A stretch of DNA of 64,000 nt, taken from the NCBI GenBank assembly GCA_951406725.2, contig OX597824.1, positions 68,262,001 through 68,326,000 on the forward strand, written 5' to 3'. The notes beneath the pieces are model-generated. The model did not search any database. It worked only from the letters and a program-made list of their open reading frames with translations, and was not told where the DNA came from. The stretch comes from Octopus vulgaris. Its lineage: Eukaryota. The position numbers and the translations under genes are program-made. This document shows, piece by piece, positions 12,016 through 25,237 of this stretch (position 1 is the stretch's first letter; each line of letters starts with the position of its first letter).

Positions 12016-14500
12016 ATGTGTGTGTGTATATATATTTGTACACACACACACACAAATTGAAAATCTGTTTGCTTTGCAATTTTAGTGAAAATTGCACATC
12101 ACAACAATAAAATGTGTTGGTGAATATACTTTTAAACATTCCTAAAATAGTTTCAGTGCATAAATCGACCCGGGAACCCTCAAAACAAAAGGAATTTTGT
12201 TCCTAATGATATCAGCAGAGAAAAATTAATTTTCAACCATTCATGAAATTGATACATTCATGAATGATGTCACCATACACATGTGCGCACACGTACATGT
12301 GCACACACATGCACATACTTGCACACAAACACTCGGACTCACTCATCAACAAACACACATATATCTCAATAGAGAAAGAATGGGAAAAACTATGTTATTT
12401 TCAGCTGCATTCTGTCTTTGAAAATGAATATGTATGTAGGTAAATAAGTAGCTAGGAAAGACGACCTACCCATCTATTTATCTGCCAAACCTACCTATGT
12501 TTTAGAAAGAATTCTTGATACAGTCACAATATTTGAAGGAAGGTTTTCTTAAATTGAAAATTAACTATATTAATATCTTTAAAAACAGAATGATACAAAT
12601 CTTCTGGAAGGAAGTTTACATATTTTGTAAGTGCTTTTGCTTTGTACAGCTTTTTAAGCACACGTGTTATGGGACACTGTATATAGAGGAAGTTGTTTTT
12701 AGTAACAGTGTTGACTATTTCTGGTTTAGTTTTAAATTTAGAATTCTTGTAAAGTACTGGAAATAGTAAAGTGCCAAACAAAATGCCTTGCAGTGTATTT
12801 ATTACTTTGATCTTTTGATGGTGGTGGTGAGCGGGGAGTGTGATAAAATAAGTACCAGTCATACACTAGGATCAGAATTGAATTGAGTGCTTCTTGTAAA
12901 TTTTACTGTCTTCTTCCTGTGTTTGAAATCATTATTAAACATTATCACATCATGAGTCATAGGAATTGTGCTTCCTTCAACACCTCTATTCTTGATGACT
13001 GATCCATTTAACACCCCTCTCAGTTTCACATTATCACCTGGTCCTTGGGTACTGTGTGCAGAGTTCATGTTATTGCATTATCTACAGTTTTCCATGAGAC
13101 ACTCCCCTGCAGATTTTCAGGCTGGGCCTCAGTTGCATCAGTTGCTCTCACAAGAGTGAGAGGCATGTTTTACTGTTGTCACAAATAGTACTCTTTCTCT
13201 GTTGACCTACCCTGTTCCCAGCATAGAACTCCTACAGTAAAAACAGAATTTTGTTTGATCTCATCAGTGGTGAAATTCTGAAGATAACATTGCAGTCGAT
13301 TGATACAAACAGATGAGAGATGTAGTTTGATATGTTATCTTAGGCCTTGTCTACCGAACCATGAACTGACTGGCTGGAGCCTTGCATAATCATAAAATAA
13401 GTAAATAACTAAAAGAAATATAGTAAAGAAAATTTTTGATGTTAACTTACACGATCTTTTGTTAATTTATAGCTTCAATATTTGTCTGCCTTTCTTTTTT
13501 GTATGTGGCAGGTGCATTTAACAAAGTGTATCAGCATGTGTGTGTTGTTTGTGTTTACATATTCATTTCATTTATTGGTAGTGTCATGATGAGAGGAGTG
13601 GTAGAAACAGTACACTGTTGAACTAAATTCTCATTAAGGTCTGGGTTTGGTTTTATGTCACTGAGTTTGTGTCCTTCCACAGAATGTGTGCCCTTGTGCC
13701 AAAAATATGTATTCTTTTAAATCAATATTATTGTGATTATAAAGAGTGGTGACTTAGCAAAATCGTTTGAGCACTGGACAAACAACAATTCAACATTCAG
13801 ATTAGTGAATTTATAGTCTTATTCTCAGTTGAAATATAAATGAAAGCTTGCAGAAGAAATAAAGGAATTTAGACTGACTGATGCTTTGCAATGTGCATTT
13901 ATTTTTTATCTCTATAATTTGTGCAGTGAAGTAAACACCCAGTCATACACTATGGTTGTTTTATTGATATGAATCCACCCCACCCCAACAGTGTGTAACT
14001 TGGTGTTCATGTGAGGAATCATCATCATCTTCCTTATTACTATTAATGCTGTGATTGGCAAAAATCATTAGTGTGTCAGACAAAGTGTCTTGGGTAATTT
14101 ACTTATGGTACATATTGTGTGCAGGTAGGTTTGCAAGGGAGAATGGAGGTAGAGTTGGAGGAGAATGCAGTGAGTGGGTGGTGAGTCAGGGTGTGGGAAG
14201 AAGGAGGTATTGAGAAGATGGGATGCAGGGGGAGAGATTTTTAAGGACAGACTGTATCTTTGTGGGGGAGGGGAGGTTACTTCACATGACCCTGCTCACA
14301 TTATTCTTTCTTGCATACTACATCTGATGTCTCTTATACCCAGTTTCTTTCCCAAGATATTTACATTTTGTCATACACGCTCACTGACATTGCATGTACA
14401 GTGGCGTGTGCTGGCTTCATTTATTTCTAGCCTTTGCATATCCTCTGCATTCACTGCCTATATACATATATATGTGTGTGTGTATATATGTGTATGTGTT

Positions 14501-14542
<42 letters not shown>

Positions 14543-14543
14543 T

Positions 14544-15840
14544 GGCGTAGGTAGAAACTCTATAAGATGCACCAAATGTAAGCTATGGACACATAAGAGA
14601 TGTAGTAATGTCAAAGGAAAACTAACTAGGAAAATAGTTTTTATCTGTGGCAGATGCTCAGGAGCAATAAACTCTGAAAATATGCAGAGACCAACTTCTA
14701 CCACGTTCCAGGGAGAAAAACTAGAAGTAGTTGATAGCTTCCGCTACCTAGGTGACCAAGTCAGTAGCGGGGGCGGGTGTGCTGAAAGTGTAACTGCTAG
14801 AGTAAGAATAGCCTGGGCAAAGTTTAGAGAGCTCTTACCCCTGCTGGTGACAAAAGGCCTCTCGCTCAAAGTAAAAGGCAGACTGTATGATGCATGTGTA
14901 CGTACAGCCATGCTACATGGTAGCGAAACTTGGGCTGTGACTGCTGAGGATTTGCGTAAGCTCGCAAGAAATGAAGCTAGTATGCTCCGATGGATGTGTA
15001 ACATCAGTGTTCATAATCGACAGAGTGTAAGTACCTTGAGAGAAAAGTTGAACCTAAGAAGCATCAGTTGTTGTGTGCAAGAGAGACGTTTGCGCTGGTA
15101 TGGTCATGTGATGAGAATGGCTGAAGATAGTTGTGTGCGAAAGTGCCACACCCAGGCAGTTGAGGGGACCTGTGGAAGAGGTAGACCCAGGAAAACCTGG
15201 GTCGAGGTGGTGAAGCACGACCTTCGAACTTTAGGTCTCACCAAGGAAATGACCAGAGACCGAGACCTTTGGAAATATGCTGTGCATGAGAAAACCCGGC
15301 AAGACCAGTGAGAACAGTCAAAATCAAAATCAAACCAAATCAATTCATATATCAGAAAGCAGAACCAAATTGAGGTTGATCAACATCAGTGGGAATTGCA
15401 GCTGTGGTTAAGCGAACCATCCGATCGTGGTTGTTGCTGGCGCTGCTCCGTCTAGCCTCCGTGTCGGTGGCACGTAATAGCACCATCTGTTCGTGTCCGT
15501 TGCCAGCCCCGCCTGGCCCCCATGCCGGTGACACGTAAAAGCACCATCCGTTTCGTGGCCGTTTGCCAGCTCTGTCTGGCCCCCATGTTGGTGGCACTTA
15601 AAAGCACCATCCGTTCGTGTCCGTTGCCAGCCTCGCCTGGCCCCCGTGCCGGTGACACGTAAAAGCACCCACTACACTCACGGAGTGGTTGGCGTTAGGA
15701 AGGGCATCCAGCCGTAGAAACACTGCCAGATCTGACTGGGCCTGATGAAGCCTTCCAGCTTCGCAGACCCCAGTTGAACCGTCCAACCCATGCTAGCATG
15801 GAAAACGGACGCTAAATGATGATGATGATGATGATGATGA
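14544..15840 (+). mobile_element. Young 5'-truncated RTE-clade LINE (C-terminal RT region, 3' UTR, (GAT)n tail)
   Basis: Uninterrupted frame from 14544 to the stop at 15311, with RTE motifs FRYLG, R...AWAKFREL, LHGSETW, RRLRWYGHVMR and GRGRPRKTW. (GAT)n tail. ATACATATAT lies on both sides (14534-14543, 15840-15849) as a probable target-site duplication in a TA tract. Confidence 0.93.
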
Positions 15841-16113
15841 TACATATATATATATATATGTCAGTCTAGAGACCTCTGCAGTTTTGCAATTTGCAAGGCA
15901 ATCACACTCATGGTTATGCTTTGTCTAATGCATTTAGTACACTCAGCAATGTGGCTAACACTAGGAAAGTCATCCAGCTATAGAAACCATGTCAAAACTG
16001 AGAGACTGGAGCAAGATGTGGTCCTCTGATCCATTGGATCCAGTCAAAACATTAAACTCATGCTAGCATGGAAAGCAGTTGTAAATATGATGACGTTTCT
16101 CTTTCTCTCTCTC

Positions 16114-16155
<42 letters not shown>

Positions 16156-17813
16156 TTCTCAAGAAGAAGATATTTTGGGGGTTCTAAAGTATTTGATGTT
16201 TATATTATGTAGTTTATGACATAATACATGAAATATATGTTTGCATTACATAATTTAACGTTTCTAACTGAGATCGTTGATGGGTTAATTTATCAACCCT
16301 GGTGAAATGAATAAGTTGAATTTGGCAAAATTTGAGCTCAGAATGTAAAGGTCCATAAGAAATTTTGCATGGTATTGTGCCCTGTGTTTAAGCAATTCTA
16401 CCAAACCACGAACCTTAATATTCATAATTTTAATTGTTTCTAATTTGGGCACAGACCCAGCAAATTTGAAGGGAGCAGATTCATCAATACCATTAAACCT
16501 AATAACTGTCTGTTTCTTATTTCATTGATCATCCTCAGAGGATAAAGTCAGCTCTGTTGTGATTTGAACTTGGGACATAAAGCTGAATAATTAAATGTTG
16601 CATGGTTTTTTCGAGGTATTTTACCAATTCTATCATCCACTACCTAGATTATAACGACTATAAGATATTGACCTGAGAAGGTGAAAGGCAAAATTTAATT
16701 TGAGAGAGATTTGAACACAGTACACAGAAGTAAAGTTTTTGTTTCAAATTTGGTTGAAGACCAGGAATTTTAGGGGAGGGGCTTAATTGATTACACTGAC
16801 CTCAGTACTCAACTGGTATTTATTTTACCAACCATCAAAGGATTTAAAGGCAAAGTTGACCCCTATGGGATTTGAGCTTAGCATTGTTAAAGCACCTGAA
16901 GAAATGTCACTAAGCATTTTGTCCAGTGTGCTAACGATTCTGCCAAAGTAAACTTTGACAGGCCTTTACTGTGGTAATTGATAATACTTCAGTTGGTTAC
17001 TTTCTGATAAGAAATCTCAAGTGTATAGATACAAGTTATCTCAACTTCTTCAAGGTCACAAGAGGACAGGTCAAAAAGCGAAAAAAAGACTTGTATAGTT
17101 ACTGAATTAACCATACACGTCAAAGGAGGTAGAGTAGCAGAACTGATGCTTACAGCAAACAGGTTCAACTCCTGAGATGATCTCATTACATAAAATGACT
17201 TGTATAGTTACTGAATTACTGAATTAACTGTACATACCATAGGTGGTAGGATAACAAAAAAACTGATTCTTGCAGTAAACAGGTTGAATTCCTACTTTAA
17301 GTTTTTTTTTTCTTGCTTATTTTGCAAATGCTTTTAGATAACAATACGAATGTTAAATTCACTTAATACATATCTGCCCCCACCCCCGAAAAGATGATAT
17401 TTTGGTGTTTTTGGAGTTCCAGCAAACTTTATGTAGTTATGACAAAATGTATTATGTAGTTATGACAAAATACACGAAACGAGCTGTAGCATGTAAACTA
17501 TGGTAGATTGCATTACATAATTATATTCTAATAATCTCATATTGAATGATCTCTCTTCTTATGTTAAACTTGTATGTCACTGTTTGTCTCTCACTCACAA
17601 TATGTATTTATATATATATATCTACACACACACACACACACATACATACATACATACATACATGTGTGTATATATATTATCCAAAGTGTACAGTATTATA
17701 TATTCATCATAGCTGATCTCACCAATCAGTTCCATGCCAGATGACTTATGTATATGTATGTATGCATATATATACATATATATAAATGTATATATATATA
17801 TATATGATGATGA

Positions 17814-17854
<41 letters not shown>

Positions 17855-17859
17855 CATAT

Positions 17860-18060
17860 GTGACCATATGTGTATCGTTGGCGATTTTCTTTCTCCATCT
17901 TCCCTTCCTTGGACCTTTCCTTTTTCTATGTTTCTGACGAAGAGCTCCACTTGAAACATTAAATCCTCCTTTCTTTCTTTTTCTGAGTGCCCAATAAGAC
18001 TTTACTTGTTCCACTTCCTCACGTTGTTGTGTTTGATCTTTGTTCACGTTTGGATTAACT
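17860..18060 (+). mobile_element. Probable Penelope-like terminal fragment with decayed minimal hammerhead at ~17928-17966
   Basis: gttt-CTGACGA-agagctccactt-GAAA-ca-tt-aaat, lying in a TA tract. Confidence 0.5.
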
Positions 18061-18069
18061 ATATATATA

Positions 18070-18460
18070 TCTTTATATATAAAAGTAAGGTTGTGTGTCT
18101 GTCTACTCCGATTTAGATTCCTAACTACTCCCACATTTGCGGTGCAGTTTAACCAAAACCGGGTATCTTATAGTCGTGATTCATATCGAGCCCTTCTGGG
18201 TATTAGCGCGCGTCTACGATGAGTCTACAATTTAAAAAATAATTTACCATCATTTTTTTCCATTTTAATGCATTTTTTTCGCTAAGGGAAGTAACTCTCT
18301 AAAAATGTCTACGAAGAGTCAACGATTTAAAAATAAATTTACCATCATTTTTTTCCCATTTTTAATGCATTTTTTTTGCTATTTTTTGGCTATAACTCTC
18401 TAAAAATGCTTTATAGTTATTTCCCTTACAAACCTGAGCAACGCCGGGCGATACTGCTAG
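18070..18460 (+). mobile_element. Non-autonomous Helitron
   Basis: 5' TC (tctttatatataaaag), 3' CTAG preceded by GC-rich hairpin cctgagcaacgccggg, inserted between A and T with no TSD. Second copy at 42822-43208. Confidence 0.85.
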
Positions 18461-20104
18461 TATATATATAAAACATGAAAGTATATATGTATGTAATAAT
18501 ATGTATGCCTATACATTTATCTATCATCCTCATCGTTTAATATTTGTTTTCCATGTCTGCATGTGGTTCGACAGGAGCTAGCAAACTTGAGGACTGCACC
18601 AGGCACCAGCTGTTGGTTTTGGCATGGTTTCTACGACCGGATGCCCTTCCTAATACCAACCACTTTACAGTGTGTCCTGGGTGCTTTTATGTAGTGCCAG
18701 CTTGAGTGCTTTTTGCATGACACATGGTGCTTGTATGGGCGCTTTTACATGGTGTTAACATAGGTGCTTATTATGTAGTGCCAACATGGGTACTTCTCAT
18801 GTGGTGCCAGTATTGATGCTTTTTATATGGGACGGACACATGTATATGTATGTTTATATGTATATCTGCCATTAATTTGCATACTCTAAGTGATTAACAC
18901 TTTATTAATTATCAGAGGCCTGTCAGTGGAGAATCCGGCCTACACAGTATCATGGTGCGATGTAATATTTTAAAACTTTTGTTATTGACATATTAAGATA
19001 GTTTGTTTGGAAGCAGACACTACATTAACCACTACATCCAAATCATCTTTCTTAGACCATTAGTTCTGCCTACTTCTTTCCTGCTGTTGTTCAGACTGGA
19101 CATCAACCATATCAACTTCACTTGCTAAATCGAGAAAGCTTGCAAAGTCATCAACAATGTCCACTTTCCTCATGATTAAATCCTGAAGGAAAAAAATGAG
19201 GGGAAGACCCCCCAAAATTAACCTCTAATAAATTTGTGTTATTTCAAGGATAACTGATTAGCTATGGTTAATGTCTTACATGTATAGGTAGATAGATATT
19301 GAAATAAGGTATTTTAAAAAAAAAGGGGGAAAGAAAAGGTAACCGATGGGGGTGGGAATAAGGAAAGCAACATATAAAAGGAAGAAAGAAAGTAATAAAA
19401 AAAAAAGTAACCTTTTCATACTTAGAGTTTTTGGCTCTTGACATCAGTTATATAAAACAAGTAAAGGTCATGAAATATATCAAAGTTCTCACCTTTAAGA
19501 TTATTCTTTTGCTGTATGTTATTAACAGTTATTCAATTACATGTGCAGTTAATAAGCAAGGCTGTATCACTCCTAGCAGTTTTGACTGAGAACTAGTTAA
19601 AGTCTCATTAAAACTGTCTGGTTTCTGTGGTGGGGAACATTTCAATGAAATGTATGAGTTTCACTTCTCTTCTCTGTTTAATGTTCAAAACTTCATTATT
19701 ATTTGGTGAACACAATTGAAATGACATAAATTAAAATTGTCATCTGTGTATCATACTAAATGTATATATACTGTTGGAAAGCATGATGCTGTCGTTTTTG
19801 TTCTGGGATTTCTTCATGAACATGTTGTGTTAAAAACACAACATATATCAGAGGGAGGTGAATGTAACAGAGCAAGGCAAACATTACCACAGTAGTAACT
19901 CGCAAGAACAAATGTGTTTTGCCCTACATGAGACTTGTTGATTTTTGTCTTTTTGTGGTCAATGAAAGAAGTACCAGTTAATCAACCCTGCATCACCTAC
20001 AAGAAAGCTGGGACCCTGTCCCTAACTCACAAATCACTATTATTATTAAGGGTTAGAGCAGTGGATTTGAAGAACCTTTAGCACATGTTTTATTTTTTTG
20101 TTTT

Positions 20105-20470
20105 TATCTGTTACATGTTTCAGTCATTAGATTACAGCCATGCTGGGGCACCACCTTGAATCAATTACAGTACTTGTTTTTTGTTAAAACTAGTGTTTAT
20201 TCTATCAGTCTTTTTTGCAGAACTGCTAAGTTATGGGGACATAAACACACCAACACTTGTCAAGCAGTGGTGGTGGATAAAGACAGACAGATAGACACAC
20301 ACACACACGATGGACTTCTTTCAGTTTCCTTCTACCAAACCCACTCACAAAGCTTTGGTCAGCCCGAGGCTATAGTAGAAGACACTTGCCCAAGGTGCCA
20401 CGCTGTGGGGCTGAACCTGGAACTCTGTGGTTGGGAAGCAAGCTTCTTACCACACAGCCATGCCTGCACC
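20105..20470 (-). mobile_element. SINE family A
   Basis: Reverse-complement match. Confidence 0.85.
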
Positions 20471-21729
20471 TACATCAGAGAAATGTCTTGCAGTAATTAC
20501 TCTGGCTCTTTACTTTCTGAGTTCAAAACTCGCTGCTGCCAGCTTCACATTTTATCCTTCTAGGGTCAATAAAATAAAGTGCCTGTCAAGAACTGGTACT
20601 GATGTAATCATCTAAACCCTGCCCCTCAGAATTTGTGGTATTGTGCCTATCAAAACAGCTGTTGAATTGCCAAGTGGTTACCAAACTGCTAGAATTAGCA
20701 AACAAATGTCTCTTGAATCTTGTTCTGACGTCTTAAATAAAGAAATACTTTTGAGAATGTGCTTGATGGTCATGGCTCAGACACCTTTGAGTGAAGATCT
20801 GCTCAGTCAGGCTAGATGTAGGGCTGAACAACAACATTCATTCTGACTCTCTGCACTTGAACTTCAATTCCTACTCAAGTCAAACTTGTCACTCATCCCT
20901 TCATGCAAGTCAGTAAAAGAGCACCACCAATCAAAGGTGGTGGATTTGTGGAACTGATAAAATGTCGAACCACATGCCTTGTGGTATTTGTTTTGACTCT
21001 TTACCAGTGGCACGTAAAAAGCACCCATTACACTCCTGGAATGGTTGGCATTAGGAAGAGCATCAAGCCGTAGAAACCATGCCATATCAGACTTGAACCT
21101 GGTGCAGCTCTCCGGATTACAAGTTCTAGTCAAACCATCCAACCAATGCCAGCATGGGAGGTAGATATGAAATGATGATGATGATGATGATGATGATCTC
21201 ACCATGGTCCACTTAAAGGAAAGGCTTGATCTGTTGCCTAGTTTCACACCACCACTTAATACTCTGGGTGTCTTTAGAGGAGTCCTCTCTTTTTCAAGTA
21301 TTTAAACCAGGCCTCAACTTTGAGGATACCCTGCTACCTCCTTCCCTTCTTCCCACTAGTCTCAGAAGTCCTGTGAAAGGGCCATGGGAACTGCTTGTCC
21401 CATCTGACTTAAAGATAAAAATACTAAAAGAAACACTTGTATCAAAGCTAGTCTTTTATTTAGATCAAGCATGGGCTGCCTTTTTTGAGAAGAAGGCTAC
21501 ATGTCTTTCATTTCCAATATATTACAAGAATATACCTAGCCTTGGGGAAATATTACCTTGCTCGAAAGCAAGTGAGGGTTGATAGCATAAAAGATATTCT
21601 GCTGTAGAAAATCTGCCTCAATAAACTCTCTCCAACTCATGCAAGCATGGAAAAGCAAATGTTAAAACGATGATGATGATGACATACACACTTATACATA
21701 CTATGAATGTATACACGTACATATTCTTT

Positions 21730-22112
21730 TATTCTTTTACTTGTTTCAGTCATTTGACTGCGGCCATGCTGGAGCACCGCCTTTAGTCGAATCAAATCGA
21801 CCCCAGGACTTATTCTTTGTAAGCCTAGAACTTATTTTATCGGTCGCTTTTGCTGAACCGCTAAGTTACGGGGACATAAACACACCAGCACCAGTTGTCA
21901 AGACAAACAGATACACAACATGTACACACACATACATATACATATATATGAAGGGCTTCTTTCAGTTTCCGTCTACCAAATCCACTCACAAGGCTTTGGT
22001 CGGCCCGAGGCTGTAGTAGAAGACACTTGCCCAAGGTGTCATGCAGTGGGACTGAACCCGGAACCATGTGGTTGGTAAGCAAGCTACTTACCACACAGCC
22101 ACTCCTGTGCCT
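21730..22112 (-). mobile_element. SINE family A
   Basis: Reverse-complement match. Confidence 0.88.
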
Positions 22113-23413
22113 AAAATGAAAGAGAAAAAGAAAACATTCAGGTTATTGGTAGTTGACAACTTAAGAAAAGATATTTTCAGTAAATTCTATTGATAAAAGA
22201 GGTAGTGGGGTGAGAAGGGTGGCCTTTTCTAAAATTCTTTTTATTCTTTATTTTTCTTTTTTTTTTCTGCTTTTGACAGATAACAGCCCTACTCCAAAGT
22301 AATACAGTCATTTTTATGATAAGAGAAATGATAAATTTCTTTCTCTCTTTTTACCTTTACCTCTTCAGTATTTCACTCAGGGTGGGGTGAGTGGGGGGTG
22401 CATGCCTCCTCCCACACATTTTCCCTTTCCCCCCTTGTCTTTTATCTACCTGTAGTTATAACATATGTTGCCTAAGCAACCATTTATTTCTTTATTCTTT
22501 CTCTTTTTTTCTTTTTGGCCTTTTCCTCCTTTGCTAATTCATACAAATACTTATTCACTAAAATTACACTCCTTGAGAGAAAAGCCTCATAGCATTACAT
22601 ATCCTCCTTGTTCCTCTCCTCCCACCCATTCTCTTCTAGGAACATCTCTCAAGGTCTTCAAGTTAACTTCAGTTAAGTTGATTCAATAATTCAAAAATAA
22701 AAATATAAAATAAAATTTGCTTTGCCTCCTCCACCTTCTCCTCCTGATCTGCTTTGACCAGTGGAGGTTTAGTTGCTATTCCTAGCAGGATCAGTGACTG
22801 CATAGTAATCTTTCATTGGCTCAGGATTGCAATGCGTTAGTGAAACGGCTGCTAAAGATTGAATGCCAGACTGAGTAAATAGTATAGAATTTAGTACTTC
22901 ATCTTGTTCGCTGTATGTTTATAGTTCAATTACTGCCCTGGTGTCCTTTGACTTACAACTTTCTGGGGTGGCTAGGTCGTGGGGAGACATGTACCAAGAA
23001 TGTACTAAGGAGGTGATGGTGGTGGTGTTGGTTTGAGGTGTTTGGGGGTCAATGCAGTCAACTACATTCTTTTTCTCAAGCATATCATAAAATCAGTTTC
23101 TCTTTAAAATATTTTATGAAGTGTATTACAGAATACCTTTATTGAAACAATACCTTTTAACAAAGGTTGGATTTGATGTATAGATACCTATAATTAACAG
23201 ATCCTGCAGCATGGTTTTGATTTCCAATTGAAATTTTCAGCACTTGAGTTGTGGCTTAAAACTTCCCATTTTGTTCTCTTCTTTAAATTTTACTTTAGAG
23301 TCTTTGTGGTTAGATATAGAAAGGTTTTTAGAAAATTTTTCTTGAAAATATTATGTGAAACCTTTATTGAAAAGATGCCTTTAAACAATTGATACCTTTG
23401 ATTTATAGGTACC

Positions 23414-24659
23414 GTCATCCATCCATCTCCCCTGCTCACTATTACTGGGAGGGTTATGAAGGTACTGTCCTCTCAAGTACCCTCTTCATAGTCGTGTCAG
23501 AAGCAACAGTTGTTAAACTTGTTGGCTGGATTTCCAAGTATGACCAACTGAAACTATGGATATTATGCAACCATCTCATCCCTGGTCTCCCTCTAAGTCA
23601 CCTACTGGTTGGCTCAGCTTGAAGGATCCATCTTGTAATTCTTTCCTGCCACTTTCTAATCACATGTCTGTAGTATGGAGAACATCGTCTTTGGAAGCGG
23701 GAGAGAATACGTTGCTAATCTCTTAAATCCAGTCACAATAAAATCTTCTGGTGGACACGAGGTGTGTCTAGGGTTGAAGATCAACATCACTGAGACAGAA
23801 TTCATAGAAGCAGTTAAAGTGCTAAAATGTGGCTAGGCTGCTGGGGAGGAGGAAATTCAACCTGAGATGTTAAACACGACCTCTGGCTTGGACCTTTGGA
23901 AAGACACTGAAGCAACGACAATCTAGGATGATAATTTCAATTTTCCAAAAAGGAAGATAAGAGAGTGTGCCCTAATTATAGAGGAATCTACTTGCTGAGA
24001 CTTCTCATTAAAGTCTATACCATGTGTATGGGAAACAGATTTAGGGAAATAGCTGACTCCAAGTTTGTGGAAGAACAGTGTGACTGCCAGCCTAATAACA
24101 ATAATAATAATCCTTTCTACTAAAGGCACAAGGCCTGAAATTTTAGAGGAGGGGACAAGTCGATTATATTGACGCAACCCCCCCACCCCCCACCCAGTGT
24201 TTCGCTGATACTTAATTTCTTGACCCCAAAAGGATGAAAGGCAAAGTCAGCCTCGGAATGTGAAGTTAGACTGTAAAGACAGACAAAATACCGTGAAGCA
24301 TTTTACCCAGTGTGCTAACAATTCATAATAATGTTTGAACGTTGTTGTCACAGTGCATCTGTGCAGGTTGTATCCGGTCAGGCCAATGTGGGCTTAGAAG
24401 GTTCTGCTACAGGTCAGGCACTGGTGGTCTGCTGTGAATGAAGCCAATAAATTGGCTCAGGACTTGTGCTGCTCATGTTTTCTTTGTGTTCTTAGATGCA
24501 GCACAACCATCAAGATATTCACTCTATGGCAGGGCTTTGAGAAATTGTGAAAAGATTGTGAAATAGTGTATGCCTGCTTTGTAGACCTCAAAAAATTATG
24601 TGTCCATGTGCCATGGGACATGCTGTAGAGGGTTCTGCAGGAGTTTGAGAAGATTAATT
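23414..24659 (+). mobile_element. Fossil internal fragment of a second RTE-type LINE (RT N-terminal region), interrupted by a SINE at ~24110-24325
   Basis: Decayed motifs ITETEFIEAVKVLKCG*AAGEEEIQPEML, KKEDKRVCPNYRGIYLL and VYACFVDLKK...VPWDML*RVLQEF. Confidence 0.75.
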
Positions 24660-25012
24660 GGTACCTTTATTTAAAAGATTCTGTAGCATGGTTTTGCTTT
24701 CCAGTTGAAATTCTTATCACTTGAGTTGTTGCTCAAAACTTCCTATTTCCTTCTTTCCTCTAAATTTTGGTTTTAGAGTTTTTGTGGTTAGTTTAAAAAA
24801 AAGTAATAACATTAATTTTATTTCTAACCCTCATTTTTTTTTCTAGATGATCGTTAATACATTTTATTCTCTTACACAATGCAATCTCAGTTAGGGCAGC
24901 CATAGTCACGATTTTTTAAGAAACTAACGTAGTATGAAATTATTATTTTTAAAAAAGTAGTATGTAGAGCCACACAAGCCACAAATATGCTAAAAGAATT
25001 AATGCATGTCGA

Positions 25013-25225
25013 AGGCGTCGAGCTGGCAGAAACGTTAGCATGCCAGCATTTTGTGTCTTTACGTTCTGAGTTCAAATTCGACCAAGGTCGACTTTGCCTT
25101 TCATCCTTTCGGGGTCGATAACTTAAGTAATAGTTACACACTGTGGTCGATGTAATCGACTTAATCCCTTTGTCTGTCCTTGTTTGTCCCCCCTATGTTT
25201 AGCCCCTTGTGGGCAATAAAGAAGT
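25013..25225 (+). mobile_element. SINE family B (tail type 1) with 15-bp TSD
   Basis: aagaattaatgcatg at 24994-25008 and 25226-25240. Confidence 0.9.
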
Positions 25226-25237
25226 AAGAATTAATGC

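Noticed and set aside
13211-13277. Minus-strand exon candidate NFTTDEIKQNSVFTVGVLCWEQ
   Set aside because: Splice signals are only moderate and there is no linkage or recognisable homology; compatible with chance.
14394-14543. N-terminal 50 aa of the 305-aa ORF
   Set aside because: Read-through of flanking (TG/TA)n microsatellite. LINE homology starts at 14544, so this is not a gene start.
15415-15668. CRISPR-like periodic repeats
   Set aside because: Units are contiguous tandem copies without unique spacers, inside a eukaryotic LINE 3' UTR, and there are no cas genes.
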